Source: an uncultured Verrucomicrobiae bacterium
GTDB taxonomy: Bacteria > Verrucomicrobiota > Verrucomicrobiia > Chthoniobacterales > JAFAMB01
Direction of reading: 5' to 3'
Assembly (NCBI GenBank): GCA_963813025.1
Contig: CAWEXO010000001.1
Span: forward strand, 32,001 to 96,000
Length of the DNA: 64,000 nucleotides
Shown here: piece by piece, positions 1 to 8,341 of the stretch
How positions within the stretch are numbered: position 1 is the stretch's first letter
How the letters are laid out: each line of letters begins with the position of its first letter
Program-made: the position numbers and the translations under genes
The notes under the pieces: model-generated
Databases searched by the model: none
Told to the model about the DNA's origin: nothing
The model's input: only the letters and a program-made list of their open reading frames with translations

Positions 1-636
1 GCCAAAGAATACGACCTCATTAAAACGAATCCAGCCGAGCGAATCCAGAAGGCGAAAGTCACTCCAAAGAAACTCGCCTTACCATCCCGGGAGCAGTTTC
101 ACGGCATCGTCACGGCAATTCGGAACACCGGTGCCTGGTGTGCTCACGATGCAGCCGATCTGGTAGAGTTCCTCGCTTACTCTGGATGTCGGATCACCGA
201 AGCCGCCTACACAAGGTGGTCGGATGTCGATGGTGCGGCCAGGACGATCCGGATTCACGGTCATGAGGTAACAGGTACCAAGAACACGGAATCACGCTCG
301 ATTCCGATTACACCGCCGATGCGCGATTTATTAGACCGGCTTTCCCGACGTGATCATGAACCGCGCAACTCAGAGCGCCACGGGCGAAACTTCATCGTGT
401 ATGTCACCGAGTGCCGCAAAGCTTTGACGAACGCCTGTAAAACGGTGGGCGCCAAACGAATTACACACCATGACCTGCGTCACTTATTCGCTACCCGCTG
501 CATCGAGGCCGGCGTTGATATTCCGACTATCGCTCGCTGGCTCGGCCATAAAGACGGCGGCGCATTGCTCATGAAAACCTACGGCCATCTTCGGGATGAA
601 CACTCTCAATCGATGGCAGCCAAGGTCACTTTTTGA
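1..636 (+). CDS. Tyrosine recombinase/integrase (5' partial)
   Basis: Frame 1 is open from base 1; catalytic motifs SGCRITE (R), GTKN (K), HDLRH (HxxR), WLGH and TYGH (Y). Confidence 0.95.
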   Translation, partial: AKEYDLIKTNPAERIQKAKVTPKKLALPSREQFHGIVTAIRNTGAWCAHDAADLVEFLAYSGCRITEAAYTRWSDVDGAARTIRIHGHEVTGTKNTESRSIPITPPMRDLLDRLSRRDHEPRNSERHGRNFIVYVTECRKALTNACKTVGAKRITHHDLRHLFATRCIEAGVDIPTIARWLGHKDGGALLMKTYGHLRDEHSQSMAAKVTF

Positions 637-1483
637 CTCTTCTGACGTGCTTTTTAAAATCTTCCTGCCAAGCAACGATCGCTTCGAAAGGATCGAACCG
701 TTCCGGCCAGCTTACTCCTTCTTTGAGACAGCGTTCCTGTACTAGGTCGATAAATTCCAGGTTAGTCATTTCTTCGTCTTCCTTGGTTTCTTCAATCAAT
801 TGCGCGGCAATAAGTCCACGTTCGTTCCATCCCAACATTTCGGCGTACGTCCGCTTGAGCTCGAGTGTGTCATTGTCCTCTTTCTGTTGCTTCGTCTGCC
901 GTTTCTCGATTCGCTTGATTAATCGTTGATCGCTCCAGATTGCCTGAAGATCATCGAAAACCGTTTCAAGAGTCCCCTTGGGCCTGAAATCGTTTCGCGA
1001 CCATTGTCGTGTCTTTGGTTGAGAATAGATCAAAGCCGAGATCGCCAAATCAAAGAGCCGCACCCAATCAATCAATCTATCCTCCGGTTCTGGTAGCTTC
1101 CTGATGATATGCGAGATCTTAAGGTATTGATAAAGTAATGCGGCGCTGACCCCACGTTGTGCTTGCCGAGCGTAGGGTTCCAAATCCCCCCAGCGGCGTA
1201 ACCGATTCTGAATTTCCCGTCGGTTTTTTGCCGTCCATCGTCGTCCCTCACGGTTCCGTAATCCCGTTTCGAGATTGTTTTCCATAAGACATAGGGGATC
1301 GACATCGAAAGCGTCCCCGAGTCGTTCAGCCATGAGACGAGTGAGTTTCCGGCGACCAGTTTCGATTCTTTGAATGGTCTTGGGGTGAACATTGATTCTT
1401 TGGGCCACGTAATCCTGAGATGCCAGTGATCCCAGTTCATGCCGCAACCGGGCAAGGAGATGAAGGTTTTTTGAGGGCCGCAT
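626..1483 (-). CDS. XRE-family HTH repressor with large C-terminal domain
   Basis: N-terminal SQDYVAQRINVHPKTIQRIETGRR HTH; divergent from the xis-like gene; start taken at MRPSKNL (ORF could extend to 1552). Confidence 0.75.
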   Translation of the reverse strand: MRPSKNLHLLARLRHELGSLASQDYVAQRINVHPKTIQRIETGRRKLTRLMAERLGDAFDVDPLCLMENNLETGLRNREGRRWTAKNRREIQNRLRRWGDLEPYARQAQRGVSAALLYQYLKISHIIRKLPEPEDRLIDWVRLFDLAISALIYSQPKTRQWSRNDFRPKGTLETVFDDLQAIWSDQRLIKRIEKRQTKQQKEDNDTLELKRTYAEMLGWNERGLIAAQLIEETKEDEEMTNLEFIDLVQERCLKEGVSWPERFDPFEAIVAWQEDFKKHVRRVKK

Positions 1484-1528
1484 AAAACAATAAGGGATAC
1501 GAGGAGAAGTGTTGAGGGTTGGAACACC

Positions 1529-1840
1529 ATGGAACAAATAAGGAGCCAACATGGCTCCTTAGCGGCTGCTTTCACAAGTGGTTTTTGTTCTTTGATAAGT
1601 AAAATTGTGCAACCCGGAGAACAGTTCGATGACTTGGCGCTCAGCGTTCAAGAGGCCCGTTTTTGTTTTAAGCCGCCCGTAAGCGATCAGACCATTTACC
1701 GGATGATCTGGAACAAGAAGCTGAAGGTCCTCGATCAACCGGGCGTCATCAGAATCCCCTTATCCGAGCTGAAAAAGCATTTCGGCAAGGTCACGGTTTA
1801 CAAACCGCGTCGGAGAAAAGCAGTCGCCACAACCCCCTAA
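1529..1840 (+). CDS. Excisionase/AlpA-like small DNA-binding protein
   Basis: LSVQEAR...VSDQTIYRMIWNKKLK...IRIP winged-HTH pattern; position next to repressor; true start may be downstream. Confidence 0.65.
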   Translation: MEQIRSQHGSLAAAFTSGFCSLISKIVQPGEQFDDLALSVQEARFCFKPPVSDQTIYRMIWNKKLKVLDQPGVIRIPLSELKKHFGKVTVYKPRRRKAVATTP

Positions 1841-1844
1841 AACG

Positions 1845-1882
1845 GAAAAGCGCCATTCGCTTTGGCAGTGACGGCGCTTTTC
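1845..1882 (+). terminator. Stem-loop after xis-like gene
   Basis: GAAAAGCGCC...GGCGCTTTTC inverted repeat. Confidence 0.45.
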
Positions 1883-1894
1883 GCAAGAACACCT

Positions 1895-2044
1895 ATGAAT
1901 GTCATTTCTCAGTGTCCCTTCTGTGCGGAAACTAACCGCAAACACCCCAAGACGCAACGACGATCCGACCTCCCGGAAATTCTTCGGTGCATCGCTTCGG
2001 AACTTCCCGCTGCCAGTTACGCCGAAATCAAAAACGAGTTATGA
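1895..2044 (+). CDS. Small hypothetical phage protein (CPFC motif)
   Basis: ATG at 1895; stop overlaps next ATG (ATGA coupling). Confidence 0.4.
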   Translation: MNVISQCPFCAETNRKHPKTQRRSDLPEILRCIASELPAASYAEIKNEL

Positions 2045-2274
2045 GCACGTTATTTCTCCCCTGGGACTCTCACCAACAGCTCTTCATTGCGGATCCGGGT
2101 CCCTGGATCCCGAAGGAAGTCACTAAAGGCGTATTCGCTTCTTGCCCGAACTGTCGGGCATTCCCTCAAACCAAATTCGGACACGAGGAACGCGGAACAA
2201 TCGCCTGCGGCTGTCACAACACAACCGCGGAGATTGTTGAACGGATATCTTTTTCATGGACCTCAAAGAACTAA
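2041..2274 (+). CDS. Small Cys-containing hypothetical phage protein
   Basis: CPNC...CGC motif; overlaps both neighbours. Confidence 0.5.
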   Translation: MSTLFLPWDSHQQLFIADPGPWIPKEVTKGVFASCPNCRAFPQTKFGHEERGTIACGCHNTTAEIVERISFSWTSKN

Positions 2275-3189
2275 TTAAGACCGGGCCGATTAGCCGCGCG
2301 CAACGGATTGTACTCTTTGGACCGAATGGAGATGGTAAGAGCACGCTCGCAGCTCAGTCCCCGGGTGCGCTTTTCCTCGATACCGAAGACGGTAGTACCC
2401 ACCTACCAGTTAACCGAATTGCGGTTGCCGACTATAACTCGCTCTGCAACACCCTCAAGCTCATCACGGAGACGGACTATCCATGTCGAACCGCAGTGCT
2501 CGACACGATCGATCGGGCCGAACTTTTCATGCGGCAGGAAGTCTGCAAAGATCTGCACATCAGCGGACTGGAAGCCAAGCCTTATGGGAAGGCTTTTCAA
2601 TTTTTGTTCGAAAAATTTGATGAGTTCCTCACTAAGCAGCTCGACCCCCTGATCGCGGCGGGAATCCACGTTCTAGTTGTCGGGCATTCGAACGTTCGCC
2701 GTGTTCAGTTCCCCGGGCTCGATGCATTCGATCGCTGGGAATTGAAACTTCATCAGAGTTGCGCTAACCGGCTCAAGGAATGGAGCGATGCCGTTTTATT
2801 CCTTAATTGGGAGCTGCACGTTGTCGAAAACGAGGGCAAACCAAAAAGGTGTCGATGGCAAGGAACGCGTTATCTACACGCGCCACAGCGCCAGTCATGA
2901 CGCCAAGGTCAGAATCGATCTGCCGGAGAAACTCCCCTGCACTTTCCGCGCGATCGAGCCGTTGCTTTGTGGCTGGCAACGCGAAGCGCAGAAACCGCCA
3001 CAAGTCCGGCTGGCTGAAGCACTCGCTGACATCAAAGAAGAACAGGTCCGGATCTTTCTGATCGATCGAAAACAGATCCAGGACGATCAAGAAATCCTCG
3101 ATGTGCCGCCAGAGTACGCCCGCGAAGCCTTAAGCCGGCTCCCGGAGTTTCGCAAGGCCGTCGAAACGTTCGACTTCATCCCTTACTAA
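2256..3189 (+). CDS. AAA_24 (Sak4-like) ATPase, frameshifted near 2845
   Basis: Walker A GPNGDGKST, LDTEDGS, Walker B VLDTID, LKEWSDAVLF; continues as GVDGKERVIYTRH..HDAK in ORF 2788..3189 after an extra A in CCAAAAAGG. Confidence 0.85.
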
Positions 3190-3190
3190 C

Positions 3191-3622
3191 ATGTTGACAA
3201 AGCGTTGCCGTCATTGCGGTCAGGAACTTGAGCTAACCACTTTTTACACTCATCCCAAAATGAAGGATGGGCACCTTCACGTGTGCAAAAAGTGCTGTAA
3301 TAGACGAGACCGTAATTACCGGCTGAATCCGATTAATCGAGAGCGTATTCGCGCCTATGCTCGGACACAAGCAACAGGCAAGCGCGGTCGTCAAGCAAGT
3401 CTCAGACTACAGAAACGCAACCCTCTTAGATACAAAGCAAGATACATCATAACAAACGCAATACGTGACGGCAAACTAGGCCGTCAACCATGTGACATTT
3501 GTGGTGAGGTTGCTCAAGCTCATCATGATGATAATTCAAAACCTCTTGAGGTAAGATGGCTCTGTTTCCGCCATCATCGCGAACTCGCTCACGGTCAAAT
3601 TGTCGGACCAATCCCTATGTAA
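3191..3622 (+). CDS. Phage HNH-like endonuclease/zinc-binding protein
   Basis: CRHC..CKKC N-terminus and PCDICG..AHHDD..KPLEVRWLCFRHH C-terminus. Confidence 0.75.
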   Translation: MLTKRCRHCGQELELTTFYTHPKMKDGHLHVCKKCCNRRDRNYRLNPINRERIRAYARTQATGKRGRQASLRLQKRNPLRYKARYIITNAIRDGKLGRQPCDICGEVAQAHHDDNSKPLEVRWLCFRHHRELAHGQIVGPIPM

Positions 3623-3637
3623 CCCGGGTTCGCTGTT

Positions 3638-4114
3638 ATGATCCCAGAACCGCCTGAATACGATTTCTTTCGCCTGATCCATCGTTTGATCGATCTGGCT
3701 TGCCCGTCTCCCAATGATCTGTGGAGCTCTCCGGAAAAGCTGGGAACGTTTTCGACGATCTGCACCGAGTTGCACGAGCTGGAAACTGTCGCCCGCGACA
3801 AAGCGCAGTTCCTTCTGCTCAACCGCGCAACTATCCCCGGGTGGACGATTGTCCATAAAGACGGGAATCACTACGTCCCGCAGAGTTACCTGCAGAGAAT
3901 AGTTTTTGATTGCCCGGTTCGGCAGTTAACTCCGCTTTTGGAAGCCTTGCCAAAACAGCTCGGAAACACCAGCGAAGCTAAATACCGCGCTTTGTGCTCT
4001 GCCGCGGGCTTGGAGCCTGATCCGGAAGCAATCCAGCAGACCGGTGCAACCGTTTTCCTCCGACAACATGCAGTTACCAATAAAGTCCAAACTAACCAAC
4101 ACGCAAAACACTGA
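3638..4114 (+). CDS. Hypothetical phage protein (resembles C-terminal part of DUF2800-type proteins)
   Basis: PEKLGTF...IPGWTIV motif; sits between AAA_24 and DUF669 genes. Confidence 0.5.
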   Translation: MIPEPPEYDFFRLIHRLIDLACPSPNDLWSSPEKLGTFSTICTELHELETVARDKAQFLLLNRATIPGWTIVHKDGNHYVPQSYLQRIVFDCPVRQLTPLLEALPKQLGNTSEAKYRALCSAAGLEPDPEAIQQTGATVFLRQHAVTNKVQTNQHAKH

Positions 4115-4129
4115 AAGGAAATAGCACCC

Positions 4130-4552
4130 ATGCCTGAGTATACTGAAGGCACCGAATCCCTGACATTTCCGGATGGCAACTACAACTTTGTAGTCGCCGA
4201 TGCCGGCGAAACAAAAGCCAAGACCAGCGGCGCGACGATGATCGAACTGCAGCCGGATTGTTTTGACAACGATCCCGCGCAAACTGCTCGAGTCGTTGAT
4301 CGTTTAATCTTTCTTCCTAACACTTATTGGAAGATCGATAGCTTCCGGCGTGCGACCGGAGAAAAGTTAACTCCGGGCAAATTAGCCAGTCTTGAAGCCG
4401 AAGATTGCGTTGATCGCCGTGGTCGTTGCACCCTGAAAAATACGACCTATGAAGGGCGGAACCGAAACGAAGTCGCTTTCTATTTAGAAGACCAAGCAGC
4501 CCCACCACCAGCCTCGCAAGGTGCTGTTCCTAAGTCTAATCAACCCTTCTAA
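4130..4552 (+). CDS. DUF669-like phage single-stranded DNA-binding protein
   Basis: FPDGNYNFVVADA...SGATMIEL...DRLIF..WKIDSFRRATG...YEGRNRNEV with Pro-rich tail ending PF; RBS AAGGA. Confidence 0.8.
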   Translation: MPEYTEGTESLTFPDGNYNFVVADAGETKAKTSGATMIELQPDCFDNDPAQTARVVDRLIFLPNTYWKIDSFRRATGEKLTPGKLASLEAEDCVDRRGRCTLKNTTYEGRNRNEVAFYLEDQAAPPPASQGAVPKSNQPF

Positions 4553-4563
4553 GGAAAATTCCT

Positions 4564-4954
4564 GTGCCGGTTAAACCGTTATCGTCGCTTCAGGCTAAAC
4601 TGATGCGGTTGATTCTGGATGCGGCAGCCAGGGATGGAGAGGCGCTTACTGCCCTCTCCAAGCTGCGCGGCTCACTCGCGCAAGACGGACCGGAACCGCA
4701 TGCGTTAGTTGATGCGCTGGAGGGTGCGGGTCTCGCCGAAAAAGAAGAAACGCCTTTGCCGCCGCAGCCAACCGCTCCTGAACTATGGTCTGTGCGTAAT
4801 TCCATTCGGCCGAGATAAAGGAACCTTGTTCATGGACGCGTCGCCTTACCAGCTGCGCCGAATCCGGGAGTGGTGCCTCCAAACACCGGAGAAGACGGCC
4901 AAGTTTTCCGGCCTGGTCGGTGATATCGAAAAATTTCTTAATCTCCAACCCTAA
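4564..4954 (+). CDS. Hypothetical protein, frameshifted near 4781
   Basis: ORFs 4564..4818 and 4709..4954 join as PTAP(D)YGLCVIPFGRDKG; IPFGxxKG motif. Confidence 0.55.
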
Positions 4955-4972
4955 AAAGGATCTGCGGCAGTT

Positions 4973-7305
4973 ATGCCCAGTTACACAACAACTGAAAACA
5001 AGGCTTGGGACGAGAGCGGTCTGCCAACAGCAACTCGCGATTACCTGGCCAATGGTGCTGCAGTCGGCACCCGCGACAACGCGCTGTTTGCGGCTGCCTG
5101 CCAGTTCAGAGACAGCGGCTACAGCCAAGCCGAAGCCGAAAGCCGGCTGATCGTGCGAGCCGTGGCTGATGGTTTAAGCGAATCGATGGCCAAACGAAAA
5201 ATCGCTTCCGCTTACAGCCAGGCCGCGCGGCCGGCAGCAGCAGCTGCCTTCTCGAACGGAACCGCACCTTCACCACCAACCTATGCAGCGTCGCCGAAAC
5301 CATCGCCTGTACCGAAAGCGGCCCCTGATCCGGCGCGTTTACCAAGTCCGATTGCTGACGGGTTTCGGGTATTGTTAGAAACAGCTTTCCAGAAAGGCGA
5401 ACGCGTCGGGATCGGTCGCGGCTCGATCAATAGCCAGGGCGAACTGGAGATCGACGGCGGCGACGTGCTATTGCGCGAGGTCTGGCTCAAGAAAGCTTTG
5501 CCGCAGAATCCCGACGGCCTCTTTATTCGGATCAATCCCTTGAAGTACCGCGGCAAAAGCAACGCCGATGTCGTCCGGTTTCGTCATACCTTGATCGAGT
5601 TCGATTGCGCCGAGAACGGACAACCTGTTCCCAAGGAAATTCAGTTGGCTGCACTTTTGAGCAGTGGACTGCCGATCGCAGCGATCATCTCAAGCGGTGG
5701 CCGCTCGTTGCATGGCTGGATCCGGATCGATGCTCCCGATAAAGCTGAGTACGATCGTCGGGTTGCGCTGGTCTATGATCATTTCGCCGGGTACGAGTTT
5801 TTCGATTCCGGCAACAAGGCGCCGAGCAAGTATTCCCGGGCGCCGGGAGTCGAACGCGCGCTCTATGACAAGACCGGCAACCGGGTCGGTCCGGCCGGCA
5901 AGAGCTTCTAGCCGTCAATGTCGGGTCGATGCCGTTCACGCAATGGGAGAAGACACAAGAACAATTGCAACCGCGAGAATTTTCCCAGGAAGAACAGGAA
6001 CAGCTGCGCGCGAAAGCACTGGAGTTCTATCGAACCCGGGACCGCCTGTTGCCCCTGCCGATGGCCGATGCCGCCTACCACGGCATTGCCGGTCAGGTCG
6101 TCGACATTATTGCCCAGGTCAGTGAACCTTCTCGGGAAAGTCTTCTGTCACAATTTCTGACCGCCTTCGGGTCGATCATGGGCCCGAGCCTCCACTGTAT
6201 TCAGGGCGGTCGCCATCATTTGAACGAGTTCGTTGTGCTGGTCGGTGAAACCGCTTTCGGCCGGAAAGGAACGGCTTGGAACGCGATCCGCAACCTGTTT
6301 ACCGGGATCGATCCGGTCTGGGTCAAAACCAGAATCGTGGACGGCATCCAGAGCGGCGAAGCCATCATTCACGAGATCCGTGATCCGCGCCAGAAACAGA
6401 CCCGAGGCGGGAAAATGGTTCATGATCCGGGTGTCAGCGACAAACGCCTGGCGATCGTTGAGCAGGAGTTCGGCCGGGTCCTGACCATCTGTGGCCGTGA
6501 AGGGAACACGCTCTCCGAGACACTGCGCAAATGCTGGGATTCGGAGCCGATTCTCCACGTCACCAACAAAAACGATCCGGAACAAGCTAGTGGTCCGCAT
6601 GTCAGCCTCATCGGGCATATCACGTTGAACGAACTACGCAAAAAACTGGATCAGATCGATTGCTCCAATGGTTTTGCCAACCGAATCATGTGGCTGGTGG
6701 TTAACCGAGCCAAGGTGATCGCTTGCCCGCCGCCGATCGATTGGCAGCGCCATCGGTCTATCGTAGAAAGGCTCCGAAACATTAAGGCTGCTTCCGGTGC
6801 ATCTGGCCGGAGCTTGACCTGGGCCAAGCAAGCGCTGCTTGAGTGGCACGATTACTACAACGCCAAGAAAGGAAGCAGCGGACAGGGCATGACGGGCCCG
6901 ATCATCGCCCGAAGCGCTCCCCATGTTCTCCGGCTGGCGATGCTCTATGCCGTTCTGGAGGGTACGACGGTGCTTGAATCCCAGCACTTGGAAGCTGCTC
7001 GCGCTTTCGTCGGCTACTGCGAGCGGTGCGCCCAGTGGATCTTCCAGGAACGGACCGGCAACAAGGTCGCCGATAAGATCATCTGGAACCTGGAACGCCG
7101 GCCGGAAGGAATGACTCGCACCGAAATCCGAGTCGAGCTCTTCGCCAAACATTGCAGTGAAACGACCCTCAACATGGCCTTGAGCGATCTGGTCAACGCC
7201 GATCTCATCGAGATCAGTTATGAACGCGGGCGGAACAACAAGATGGTTGAACACTGGAAGATGAAGGAAACAGAAGCCGAACCTCAAGGGTGCAAAAACG
7301 CTTAA
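4973..7305 (+). CDS. Primase-helicase replication protein (PriCT-like + primase-like + DUF3987-like P-loop domain), frameshifted near 5890
   Basis: GTRDNALFAAAC (PriCT-like), LIEFD..SGGRSLHGW..SRAPG (primase-like), VGETAFGRKGT Walker A and NGFANR; the two ORFs join through GRQELLAVNVGSM. Confidence 0.8.
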
Positions 7306-7460
7306 GACGCAAGGAATGAATGCCAAACTAACAAATCCCCAATGACGCAACGACGTATGAGACGCAGAGACACTCTGCAAATGCACTCTAATAAATTACT
7401 TAACATACCTAAGATACATTGCACAGCTACTAAGCGCTCTTAGCGCTGTTGCGTCATTGG
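7306..7460. promoter_or_regulatory. Putative replication origin of the element
   Basis: Perfect 13-bp inverted repeat CCAATGACGCAAC (7339-7351 / 7448-7460), repeated GACGCA motifs and an AT-rich core directly after the primase-helicase. Confidence 0.5.
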
Positions 7461-7501
7461 AAACAAGTCTCTAAAACACAACAATAAAAGGTAACACAAT
7501 T

Positions 7502-8044
7502 ATGCCTAGCTATATCCAAAACAGTACAGCCAGCACTCCAGCAGTAGTGGTTGAGGGTGCGGTTGAACGCAAAGCTCCAAGTCAATTGGCCGCTGCGTCA
7601 AACGAACTCGGGTTTGTCCTGGATCGTTCCGATTCCATGGAGTCCATGGCCGATAGCGCTATTGCCGGATTCAACACGTTGCTCGGCGAACAGCAGCAGA
7701 CCAATCCGCAGACATCCTTCAGCCTGACGCTTTTTAATGATTCGGCTTCAAATCTCTATGATGCTCTGCCCGTCGCCGAGGTGCCGTTCCTGTCCCGTAC
7801 GCTCTACGAACCCTCCGGTGGTACCGCGCTCAATGACGCCATCGGTTCCATGATCCAGCAGATTGGTAAACGAGTGAAACGTTCGACTCGGGTTCTGATC
7901 GCTATCCTGACTGATGGTTTTGAGAATTCCAGCCGATCGTTTTCCCGTGACGATATCCTGCACATGGTGACTTACCGGCGGACGACCTACAATTGGAAGT
8001 TTATTTTTTATCTTTATCCACCGTGTTTAAACAGTCTGCACTAA
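7502..8044 (+). CDS. vWA-domain protein, probably 3'-truncated
   Basis: MIDAS motif VLDRSDSM, GGTALNDAIG, ILTDGFENSS, then WKFIF followed by unrelated-looking sequence. Confidence 0.8.
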   Translation: MPSYIQNSTASTPAVVVEGAVERKAPSQLAAASNELGFVLDRSDSMESMADSAIAGFNTLLGEQQQTNPQTSFSLTLFNDSASNLYDALPVAEVPFLSRTLYEPSGGTALNDAIGSMIQQIGKRVKRSTRVLIAILTDGFENSSRSFSRDDILHMVTYRRTTYNWKFIFYLYPPCLNSLH

Positions 8045-8341
8045 CACCAACGTTAAAGCCACACAGGCGTCTGCCGCCACCTAGCTCAAGCGCTAATTCC
8101 TAGACCAGCGATGTCTGCGGACACAGGTGTGAGAGGGAAAAGGTAGTCGAGGAATATTCGCGAGAATCATGCAGTACGAGTCACGCATTTCTGCCATTCC
8201 ACACGATAGAAAAGAAACCCTGCCGCAATGTACGCGGCTTCGATATCCTTGGTCGGTTCCGGTTTCCTCCCGAATTGCTCATCGAGGAAGGAAAACTACC
8301 AGCATACGTGATAGATTGTAGGGTCGTAGAAGGTAGCTGGA

